From: an uncultured virus (IMG/VR IMGVR_UViG_3300032087_004682)
Lineage: Duplodnaviria > Heunggongvirae > Uroviricota > Caudoviricetes
DNA length: 64,000 nt
IMG/VR virus record: IMGVR_UViG_3300032087_004682
Strand: one strand, 5' to 3'
Shown: positions 48,015 through 58,400 of the stretch, one piece after another
Layout: each line of letters begins with the position of its first letter
How positions within the stretch are numbered: the stretch's first letter is position 1
Translations under genes and position numbers: made by a program
Notes under the pieces: generated by a model
What the model was told of the DNA's origin: nothing
What the model saw: only the letters and a program-made list of their open reading frames with translations
The model's database searches: none

Positions 48015-48542
48015 ATGCCTAATTGGTGCCACAATAGCGGAGAAATAGTAACCCCAAGCTGGAGGGTAGTTACTGATATATTAGAACACACTCACGCAGG
48101 AACATTACTTAACTGGATGGTTCCCATGCCTGACAAGATATTCAAGGGCAACCTTGGAGAAGCAGAGCGTAAGAAGTACGGACACGATAACTGGTATGAC
48201 TGGGCAATCGCCAACTGGAGTACCAAGTGGGATGTATGCGATGGCATTGCGTATGCCCACAAAGAAGGTGATGAGTATTCAGTTGAGTTGTCGTTCAGCA
48301 CAGCGTGGTGTCCACCTGAGCGTGCCTACGAGACCCTGTGGGAACGAGACAACATCACCAGGATAAACATGTACTATGAGGAGCCCGGTATGGAGTTCAA
48401 AGGATACTGGGTAGACGGGTACGATAAGCCTGAAGAATGGAGGTACGGTTATTGTGACGGCTGTGAAACGGAAGTAGCAATAGAGAATGAATCAGACTGC
48501 TCAGTCTGCGGTCAAACAACAAGGGAGTTAACTGAGTCATGA
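48015..48542 (+). CDS. DUF1281/YubB-like (MPNWC) protein
   Basis: MPNWC.N...WYDW...NW.TKWD...F.TAW.PP...Y.EPG..F.G. Confidence 0.75.
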   Translation: MPNWCHNSGEIVTPSWRVVTDILEHTHAGTLLNWMVPMPDKIFKGNLGEAERKKYGHDNWYDWAIANWSTKWDVCDGIAYAHKEGDEYSVELSFSTAWCPPERAYETLWERDNITRINMYYEEPGMEFKGYWVDGYDKPEEWRYGYCDGCETEVAIENESDCSVCGQTTRELTES

Positions 48543-49399
48543 AGGAATACTTCACCGGCACTGACCGCTTCAACAGGGCACACAAGCTGTCAGGTGCAAT
48601 GTTATCCGCTTATGCGCTGAGGGGGAGGAAAGACCCTCTCAGTGTGAGGCGGTGGATGCTGGATAGTGGAGCGTTCACTCAAGTCACAAAGTTTGGTGAT
48701 TTCATACAAACCCCTGAAGAGTATGTACGCTTAGCCGTACGCTTCCAAGACCAGGGCGACCTAGCTTGTATTGCCACTCAGGATTATATGTGTGAGCCAA
48801 GTGTCATTGCAGAACTGCAGTCACAAGGAAGGCAAGCATCCGTCAGGATCCATCAACGCAAGACCGTGGAGAGGTACATACAGATAATGGATGAGGCTGA
48901 GAAGCAAGGACTCAAGGTTCCTGTTATGCCTGTCTTGCAAGGGTGGGAGGTTGATGACTACCAAGATCACTTGATTATGTATAGCCGTATGCTTTCTGAC
49001 CTGAAGTATCAAAGGTGCAGAAACTTATGGAAGACTCCATTCCTTGATAAACCGCACTACTATGGAGGTGAACTGCTAAATGCAGATCAATGGATAGGGA
49101 TAGGATCTACATGCAAGCGTAATAACAATCCAGAAGTAGTATCTCAAATACTGGATCAGCTTAGTGAGTGCATGGGTGAGCTTGCGTTCACTAATTCAAG
49201 AATACACTTGTTTGGATTCAAGAAGACGGGACTAAGGCAAGCTAACATCAAGGACAGAATCTACTCTGCTGACTCATTTGCCTATGACTTTGCTGATCGT
49301 ATGGCAGGGAAGAAACGCACTACCAAAATGCGTATCAAATCAGCCCAGCGATTCAGTAGGTCAATCATCCACAACAATGTTCAGACAAGTTTTTTCTGA
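48539..49399 (+). CDS. TGT/DpdA-like transglycosylase
   Basis: LDSGAF, QDYMCEP, PVLQGW, GIGS.CKR, IHLFG.K and SADS motifs. Confidence 0.75.
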   Translation: MKEYFTGTDRFNRAHKLSGAMLSAYALRGRKDPLSVRRWMLDSGAFTQVTKFGDFIQTPEEYVRLAVRFQDQGDLACIATQDYMCEPSVIAELQSQGRQASVRIHQRKTVERYIQIMDEAEKQGLKVPVMPVLQGWEVDDYQDHLIMYSRMLSDLKYQRCRNLWKTPFLDKPHYYGGELLNADQWIGIGSTCKRNNNPEVVSQILDQLSECMGELAFTNSRIHLFGFKKTGLRQANIKDRIYSADSFAYDFADRMAGKKRTTKMRIKSAQRFSRSIIHNNVQTSFF

Positions 49400-49476
49400 G
49401 CCATGTTGCATTTCACGCAGTGAGATTCGTACTATATAATGAAGACATACTCTTCGTTTTGTTATTATTCATTGTT

Positions 49477-49514
49477 CAAGAGGGGCGAGGCTCAGTACTC
49501 GTCCCTCTTTTTTT
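49477..49514 (+). terminator. Terminator ending the early operon
   Basis: AAGAGGGGCGAG...CTCGTCCCTCTT followed by a T-run. Confidence 0.75.
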
Positions 49515-49622
49515 AGTCAATTGGTTGCGCATAGGGCAACTTGATGACCTATATATAATGTGATACAATATATTTATAATAACTTTTCCCCAGCATATGG
49601 GGTTTCTGTAATATATCATGCG

Positions 49623-49803
49623 CTAGGTAGGGTTCTTAATGACTTCTCTTATAACCTCCTTTTGTTTCAAGCTAATCAGTCCTTCTTGTGTTTCATGGGA
49701 TTGATTGGTGGAGTGCCTTCGGGCGAGGGAAGAAGGGATAATGCGAGCAAGGGCAGCAAATCCATGTGATGACCAAAAACCTGCCCTACCTAGTTTTCTT
49801 TTT
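49623..49803 (+). ncRNA. Candidate ~180-nt structured RNA upstream of the second recombinase
   Basis: Closing stem CTAGGTAGGG/CCCTACCTAG, internal stem CTAATCAGTCC/GGATTGATTGG, GCC-TTCG-GGC tetraloop, 3' T-run. Confidence 0.5.
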
Positions 49804-49853
49804 GCAAAGTGAAGCGTATTGACATAAAGTGTTACATATTATAACAAGTAACA

Positions 49854-50885
49854 ATGCGCATAACCAAGAACCGATCAGGTAATTACGAGGTAAGATTCAA
49901 AACAGCTACGGGCTACTCCTCTATGAGCCTAAAGACAAAATCTATGGCTGAAGCTAAGGAGTTGGTAAAACGTGCCAATATTGAGGAGCTTGAGATGGCT
50001 GCCAAGGTTAACGCCTTACAAAGAGATGCTATCACCAGCATCGTGGCAGGGAAAAATCCTCACATTCAGGACATCATTTCCGAATGGAAGAAGTACAAGG
50101 AGAATATGTCTCAGTCAGCTAATACTATATTTACGCAGACTACTCTCCTTCAGTCTTTTGCTTCACGATACAAAATCACGAAGCTCAACCAAATCACGGA
50201 AACCCACATATCTCAGTACATAAATGAACCAGGGGATATAAAAGCCGGGGCGAGAGAGCAAAGGTTGAGTGCAATAAAATCACTATTTCAGTATTGTGTT
50301 GCAAACTGCTACACACTCCGTGACCCAAGTAAATTGGTTGCTATTGATCTGAGTAAATTGCCCCACAAGGCAAAGGAAAGGAAGAAAAGAGTACCAATTA
50401 CAGAGTTTGAATATAATCATATAATCAGAAATTCAGACTACTTCTTCAAGGAAGCAACTGCTCTTGCTTGGTGGACTGGTATGAGATTGTCAGATATAGC
50501 ACGCCTTGAGTGGGACTCTATTGACTTTGAGGGTAAGACTTTAATTGTGCATACCAAGAAGACTGACGCTCGGATCTGCCTACCCTTGATGGATCCACTA
50601 CTCGGGAAAGGTCAGCTACTAAAGATACTGACAAAGCTTGAGGTGACGGATGGTAAATATTGTTTTCCAGAACAGAGGAAGCTAGATCTTGATCCGTCAA
50701 GACGCTCTACCCTTTCGGTGTACTATGGACGAATGCTGAGTCGTCTGAATATTCAAGGAAAGTCTTTTCACTGCTTGAGGCACGCTTTCGTTTCCCGTTG
50801 CCAAAAACAAGGGAAAACTCTTGAAGATATTGCTCTATGGGTAGGTCATTCGTCTCAGGAGACAACGAAGATGTATAGTCACTAG
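49854..50885 (+). CDS. Second tyrosine recombinase
   Basis: WTGMRLSDI, HTKKT, FHCLRH and VGH...MY: a full catalytic set. Confidence 0.9.
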   Translation: MRITKNRSGNYEVRFKTATGYSSMSLKTKSMAEAKELVKRANIEELEMAAKVNALQRDAITSIVAGKNPHIQDIISEWKKYKENMSQSANTIFTQTTLLQSFASRYKITKLNQITETHISQYINEPGDIKAGAREQRLSAIKSLFQYCVANCYTLRDPSKLVAIDLSKLPHKAKERKKRVPITEFEYNHIIRNSDYFFKEATALAWWTGMRLSDIARLEWDSIDFEGKTLIVHTKKTDARICLPLMDPLLGKGQLLKILTKLEVTDGKYCFPEQRKLDLDPSRRSTLSVYYGRMLSRLNIQGKSFHCLRHAFVSRCQKQGKTLEDIALWVGHSSQETTKMYSH

Positions 50886-50989
50886 GTAGGCAGAAAAAGC
50901 CCAGTGCGTATGTGCAGACAGGCATAGCTGGGTATCCCCTCTTATGCCAGAAGTTGGCGTGTGCTACATCTACCTCCTTCTTCAAATCA

Positions 50990-51190
50990 TCATTCGTCAT
51001 TGTCGTCCTCAAGTTCAAAATCGCACTCAAACTCAATAACATCTTCTCCGTAATATTCATCTAACGCTGTATTTAGGGCACTGAGGATCTCATCCTGCTC
51101 AAGGTCTGACTCCTCCTCCCATCTGTGTAGTAAAGTCTTTAATTCATGCGTGCATTGACGCTGTGCGGGTGACTCGTATGGGTCGCTCAT
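50990..51190 (-). CDS. Small acidic protein
   Basis: ATGA-coupled ORF. Confidence 0.5.
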   Translation of the reverse strand: MSDPYESPAQRQCTHELKTLLHRWEEESDLEQDEILSALNTALDEYYGEDVIEFECDFELEDDNDE

Positions 51191-51432
51191 CTTGTTTTAT
51201 GACGGTTCTTACTTCTGTTCTTTCTTACAGATGAGCATACCAGGTTGGACTTCTTGTTATTCCTTGGGTTCCCGTCCTTGTGATGTACATCTTTCCCCGC
51301 AGGGCACTTCTTCAATCTCCGTGCCTTATTACGATTGGCTCGGTTCTTCAGCTGCTCGGGCTTGCTGTTGTATTTACGCTGGTAAACACTACGAGCTTTA
51401 GCACCTGGTTTACGATACCCCTTCTGTGGCAT
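51187..51432 (-). CDS. Small HNH endonuclease
   Basis: DVHHKDGNPRNNKKSNL...NRS. Confidence 0.75.
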   Translation of the reverse strand: MPQKGYRKPGAKARSVYQRKYNSKPEQLKNRANRNKARRLKKCPAGKDVHHKDGNPRNNKKSNLVCSSVRKNRSKNRHKTR

Positions 51433-51587
51433 GACAAAGCTGGTTAAGGATTAAATCATCAACTGCCTGAACCAGGTCAATCTCCTCCTCATCTGACAGA
51501 ATTACTAAATGAAGATTGAGGTCGTGATTGATGATTATGTGCTTATGCATACTTGTAACATATTTCTTATTGTAACACCTTGGCAAA

Positions 51588-52496
51588 CTATTTAGCTCTG
51601 ATTGCCTCGATAACTGGATCACATATATCCACTTTGTTTTTTGAGGACTTTCTGAGGTTCATTTTTAGCCATACAGCGCCAGTTGGCTTAGGCGGTCCAC
51701 CCCTCTCAATGTGCCACCCACCGTACCCGTCTACATACTCTTCCTTGTATGATGGAACCTTTAAGTGAAGCTGCTCGTCATGGTATATTTTTCCTTTATT
51801 AGTTAATCTAATACGAGGAATAGGGAACTGCCATTCGTTGTGCGTATGACCCGTAGCTACAATGTGAGCATCAGGAAGATATACAGCCTGCCTGCTTGTT
51901 TGGATCGTACCCTTAGTAACAGGAGCATCCCCGCCGTATCCATGGTGGTACCATAAGTTAATGGTTCTAGCTTCCCCAAATAGCAGTAGCTGAAACTTAA
52001 CCCATCCACTGAAACCGCCGACATGAATCTTTGAGCCATGCCTGTCGTTGAGCATGGTGACTAATCGCTCTGTTAAGTTTGTCTCATGCCTCTTGGATAT
52101 GGCAGTTTCATGATTACCTGGTGCCATGATTGCAAACAGATCAGCGTATGGGCCGTAGAAATCAGCTGCAGTTGTGACAAGTTTGTCCAGGTAGTCCCCC
52201 TCTTTATGTTCAGGTTTTAAATCACCCTTGTAAGACCTTGGGTCATACTTTCCTTGCATGGCACAGAACAAGTCCCCGCCATCTATGATTACAGCATTGC
52301 GCTCCCTAGCCTGTCGGAGATGTCTAAGCTCCATAACATTGTCAGACTTAGGATTGTCATGGTGCCTGTCAAAACTCAGTAGCACCCAGAAAGAATCCTC
52401 ATCTTTTGTGGACTTTAACTGATGTTTTATGAAGTGAACATTTCTACTCTTCTCTATTATCTCAGTAGTACCGGGGGGTAGTTTTTTGATTGGCAT
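51588..52496 (-). CDS. Calcineurin-like metallophosphoesterase
   Basis: DRH, GDL, GNHE, HHG and GHTH motifs. Confidence 0.88.
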   Translation of the reverse strand: MPIKKLPPGTTEIIEKSRNVHFIKHQLKSTKDEDSFWVLLSFDRHHDNPKSDNVMELRHLRQARERNAVIIDGGDLFCAMQGKYDPRSYKGDLKPEHKEGDYLDKLVTTAADFYGPYADLFAIMAPGNHETAISKRHETNLTERLVTMLNDRHGSKIHVGGFSGWVKFQLLLFGEARTINLWYHHGYGGDAPVTKGTIQTSRQAVYLPDAHIVATGHTHNEWQFPIPRIRLTNKGKIYHDEQLHLKVPSYKEEYVDGYGGWHIERGGPPKPTGAVWLKMNLRKSSKNKVDICDPVIEAIRAK

Positions 52497-52497
52497 T

Positions 52498-55400
52498 TTA
52501 ATATAAGTCTAGCGCCATTAACCTTGGGTCCTTTCTGACGGAAGGCATCCTTTTTGGTTCTATGCCATACTTATAGTACAGCATAGCTTCTGTTTGTCGC
52601 TTAGTGGGGGTTGATACTTCAATCATACTGGAGTATTGGTCGTGTGCCTGTAGGTATCTCATTACCTTAGCAGCCTCATCTTCGTCCATTAATCCAATTA
52701 GCTCCTGAAGCGTTTGTTCAGTCATGGCACCATCAGTAATGTTTTTGGTAACCATTCTTCTCTTAAATGCGTTTCGTATCTCTCGCTCTGGGTTAGCTTT
52801 CCCTTCTTCTCTCAGAACATCAAGTGCGTCTTGGTATGCATCCTGAAATGCTTTCGTGTCATAATTGTACGCAGCCCGCTCCATCTGTCTAAGATTGATC
52901 GAGAAAGGTGTTGGTCTGTACCCTCCTTTGGATGGAGCCTTTAGTGGCAGGCCCATACCCCATGCGTATTTCTTGATTATGTTTCTTACTCCAATGTAAT
53001 CAGCTACTCGCCTCTCTGCTATGTCTATGTCAAACATTGCAGTTGTGGCATCTATGAATTGGATCGCAGAATTACCCCCGACACCATACAGGATCGGTCT
53101 CATTACATTGTGGTAATCCATTTCACCCTGATGCATCCAGTTGCCCATAGCATCATAAACATTTTTAATCATAGACCATGCGAATATTCTGCTATCTAGT
53201 GAAAATTCTTTAGCCGCTCCGTATGGATCTGCCTTACTAAATACACTATTGGCTACATCCATACCCATACCATAGGGCACACCAGCCTTAGCTAGCCTAG
53301 ATGTTATTGCATATATGGAAAAGTTTGGATCCGCTTCAGCTGCCATGAAGGGACCGACCACCGGAAGTAATGCCCATGGAGTGATTGGTGGTAAGTTGTT
53401 TGGTTTCTCTAGTACCTCATCGTCATACCAGTCTACAAGCATAGCAAAGGCTAAACCAGCAGGAGTGTATACGGCAGATACTAAGCCAAGATACTTCAGA
53501 AAAGCCATCCATGTGGCACGATCCGTTCTGGCATCTTTACCAAAAACATAGTTTGAGTTGCCTTGTAGCACACGATTGTCCCGTGCCATTTTCCAGAGAG
53601 GCCAACCAAGGAATATACCAGCGTACTTCCATAGGTCATTTGTATAAAGTGCTGCGGGTTTTGCATTAAATCCCTCACCAGATACTTCATTCATCGCCAT
53701 CTGGTTAATCAGCTTACCAATGCTTGCCTCTATGACTGGCGTATTGGGGTCATTCTTTTTTCTTTGCACAAAGTCAAAGGCAAGCCTGGAGAGATTGGGA
53801 GCGCCTACGCTTTCAAGAAGGTTATTCATTTGATTGAATCCATCCTTCTGTCCTACAAAAAATTCAAATACCCCTGCACCCAGACCAAGTTCTTCGGCAG
53901 TAAAATTATGAAAGTTCTGCAGCCCCTGATTCTCTATAACTTTTGCAATCTTCAATACCTCAGATTCAACAGAGAAGATCGCACCCACCCCAACAGCATG
54001 GTTGATGTTTGCATTGATGTACGGAAACATACCTACCAGCGGAGTCTTCCAATCAACGGGCGATCTGAGTCCTTTCTTCTTGGACTTCCTGTTGTGCATA
54101 GCCATCTTCTTCATGAAGCGTATGCCCTTCTTTGCGGTGGCTGAGTCCATGCCAAAGCCAGTAAGCTCACCACCAGAACCAACTTGAGATATATACTCTT
54201 TCCATGTCAGATCAGACTCAGAGTTTTGAAAGTGTGTATTGGCTAGGTACTCGGCATAGATATGGGATCTGCCTATATTGATTCCCATTGCCTCAAGGAT
54301 ACCACCGAATGTTTGGTCAATGAATGTAGTAAACGCCTTGGTTGTTGCTTTGAGCGACATACCATTTAATCCATGGTACGCCATCGGGAACTCAGTCATG
54401 GATAGACCCTGCCAGAATGATGACTTAGGATTGTTTAGTACAGCTAGTGATTGCAACCCAAGTAACTCAAGTGGCACATTAGCATCCTTGAATGGGCCAG
54501 CTACATTTCCGCTTCCATAGTATTTATTAAGGTGGTCAAAAATGATTTCCATTTCACCAATGGCAGCCGAGTTTGCAAATAAGTCTTCAAAGGTTGCCTC
54601 GGGAGTTCTGCCTTTTGTGATCTCTGGGCGATTACGAAGCAAGTCATACACTCTTTTACGCACAGCCTTACTGTAGTCACTAAGGACACCATCTGCTTTG
54701 GCTCCTGTTGCTTCTGCAATTAGGCCAAGAAATACAGCTTTATCATTACTCCATCTTTCATCAGCTTTAGCCCTAACAGCATTAGCATTTGATCCACCAC
54801 GACCAAATACTGAGGATGCAATCATCATCTGCAATCTTACCGCACTGGTTATCTCGTCATAGCTATCGTAGTAGAAGTACTCCTTAGGTAGTGTGGCTGC
54901 ATGGTTTCTGGCATCTAATGACCTTGGGCTATTCATTAGCATGTTCTGCGTTTTGTGTGCATCATGCTGGGTTTGAATATCCATGAAAGCAGAGTGGAAT
55001 CTATCGTACTTTCTTTGGAACTGTTTAATCATACTGAAGTACCAGTCAGCACGATCCTGATCCGTTGATTCATCAGTGGCGAAATCCTGGAATACAGTAT
55101 CCAGGAATGACACAAAAGCATCCGTGCCAGATTGATTGCGAGTTGTGTTACGCCATACAGCATTTACATATGCATTGCCCATCTCCTCGCCATTCGGTCC
55201 GTAGAACACAGACCTTCTGTTGTCGCTCTTTAGGTAGTTTCCTGCCCAACGTGTTACAACCTCCTCAGAGAACAATTCCTTGACTGCATTGGTTACAACC
55301 TCCAGGTCGTACCTACCATCCAACTGCATGAGTCTTTTATATATACCATCCTCATTAGATTTGGATGGTACCCACTTACCTGAGAACTCTTTATTTTCTG

Positions 55401-58400
55401 GTGTCGGTGCTTTCAGTATTGAAATAGCATTGGCAATCGCCCCTTCGTTGAGTACGCGAGGGATCGTAGCGTAGCCTAAATCTACCGGGCGTCTATAGAA
55501 GTCTACGGTCTCTCCGTCAATGAGGGATTGAACCTTAAAGTCATCCTTGATTCTGTTGCCAAGAACATTGAGGTTGTAATTAGCCTCAAAGTCTCTGGCA
55601 TCTATGGTTCTGCGGATTAATGTAACTAAGGCTTTCTTAGTTTCTGCATTGAGTTTGGACTTGTCAGGGACATTCCCATTCTCCTTGAGATGTTTCCATA
55701 GTCCATTGACTGCCTCTGTCTCATTGCCATCATGCTCGGGGTGATTATCAAAGTACCACCATACATCTTGGTAAAATGTAGTGAACATCTCTTTACCATT
55801 CATGCCCATCTTCTCGAGCAAATTGATGTAAGCTACATTCCACTTCTTAGCATAGTATTGTACATCGGAATTTACATCCCTGAACAGCGCAGCGGTCCGT
55901 GCCAGCATACCACCAAGTTTCTTACCTTCATAACCCATGCGGTTTAACCTGGCATTGAGTGACTCTATTCCTGCCATCCATGCTTGCTTTCGTACAGTGA
56001 AGTATTGATCTCCTACTGGTTCATACAATGCACGATTGGCTTGTTCCTTCATGGCATCATACCATGGCTCTTGTTGGAATGAGTTCTTGGCTTTGTCGTC
56101 CTTCAGGAACTCTAATGTGGATGCGTTTAAGCGTACAAACTTATCTCGGTCTACCATCTTTCCGTTCTGGTATCTGATGGTAAATCTTCCTAACTTCCAT
56201 TGGTTACGTACTGGGCCAGAGGTTACATACTTTCCGTTCTCTCCCTTTCTTCTCTCCATGACAAGCATGGTTGCTCCCTGTCTTATGTCCACAGGCTCAA
56301 GCTCACCAAGTGCTGTACGAAGTCTTGCTTCTCTGGCTAACAACAGCCCATCAATAGCTTCGTGAAGTTTCTCATATTGTAGATCACGACCACGCTCATT
56401 CTTAACCTTGATGGATTGTATCTTTGTTTCGGATAACTTCTTTAGTAGACTACCTACCCTGCCCTTTGATCCTGACTCTTTGTATGCGTTCTCTGCTTGT
56501 TCTTTTGTTTCTGCTGATGCTATAGCTTCAACATCCTCAAAGAATGTATTCTTTTCGCCCAGGTCTTTTAGTGTGGCAATCCTGTACAATGTATAAAGAT
56601 CACGGCTATATACTGTACGATCCGCAAACACGTGCATAGCGTACTCACTGCCCTCTTTCTTGAGCCAATCAAACCTCTTGTCCGTGGATGTTTTGATACG
56701 CTCTACAATTTCTTTCTTCCCGAGTGTTTCCACAATATCGCTCATCTCAATGATTGCTTCCATTGTGTCCTTCACTTTGTTCTTGAGGTCAGGCATCTCA
56801 CGCAATGCTTTAACATCTGCAACCTCCACATTCATGCCCTCCAGCTTCATTGACTCCAGAAGCTTTTCAATCCTTGGGACATTCATGGAGTTCACCATCT
56901 TCTCTGCCATTGCTTCCGCTAGCTCTACGGGGGGTGTCAGCTTACGGGATCTGGCTGCTGCCAGCAGTCTCTCAAACTCTGCCACAACTGCTTTAGCGTG
57001 TACAAGCTGATCGGAAATATCTGCCTTCTTTATCCTGGCATTATTTCTTGCACGACTGAGGAATCCAACAGCATCAATCATGGCACGATCCCTTCCTCTA
57101 CGGTTCATGCCTTGGTCATCAATGCTTATCTTGGATAACTCATTGACCTCTTTACCCAGACGCTTGGAGTAGTCCCGAAGATTCTTCTCTATATTCATAC
57201 CCGATTGCTCGTTTATAAACTTCTTCAGTCCGTCCTTACCTTTATATGTATCTGGTAAATTATTGTTCTGTGCTAGGTTGGTAAATACCTTAGTTAACTG
57301 ACGCACTACCTCATTGTTTGCAGCGACTGATGCGGTGTGACCAACCATGGCAGCTTCATCAGGTTTAGGCGATGGCTTGGGTGGCATCTTAACCTGAGAG
57401 TACCTAGCTTCAGTTAAGTAATTAACATACCTTGAAATACTGGCCTTAAAGTCTGGTGTTACTTCAAGGTTCAAAAGGAACTCATCCTCATCCATTATGG
57501 CAACAAGCACCTCGGCGGGTGTATCAAATCCAAAAAAGTCCTCCCTGCCTAATGCTCTAAGAAAGTTCTTCATACCCGGATCCATGTCGGTACTCTCAAG
57601 CATTTCATATACTTCACTAGATGGGGTATCCTCATCAAAGACCTCAAGGTAATCATCATATAGTCTGTGCCTGTATGACTTAAGTATATCTAGTGACACC
57701 TCTGTATTACTTGGACCGTAGTCTCTCATCTTATGAGGGACATACTTATCCTTGTTATCAAATCGGTCAGGTAGATCTATCTGTGAGTATCTACGATTCT
57801 TCGCCCAGTACCTACGGTGGGCTTTCTCCATCTCTGTTCTGAGTCTGGCTACATTGAGTCCGAGTCGATTACCATAGTCATACGCAATCTGTCCGTCCAT
57901 CTCCTCACTACCTGTGACAATCAGCACATCTGCTACCTTCTGGTATACCTTGGGGTCGGACTTCTTGATCCTAAACATTTGCCAGAATGTAGGAAGATCA
58001 CTCGGTGCTTCCTCCACCTTCTGGTCAAAGTCAAATAACATCTGCTGGGCACGGATGGTTGCGTCAAATGGTAAGTTGCCCATGTACTTACCTAGCGGAT
58101 AAGCAGTCTTGGTTATTACCTTCAGGTAGTTGTCTGCTTGGTCAAGTAGGTTGGGTTGTACGCCCACCATCCTGGCAATCAATCTCCTGATCCATTGCCA
58201 TACAGTTTTAAATACACCTTGCTTCAGTCCCAGACTCTTTGACATCTCGGGTGTCATCCGAGTCTTTTTAAGTAAGTGCCTTAATTCATAGTTACTGGAC
58301 AGCTCTGCAAAAAATTCTTCTACGGATGACAATGAGTATTCACGGACATTTACACCAAAGTCGTTATTGGATTCACGAAGTGCGGGAATAATTACATCTC

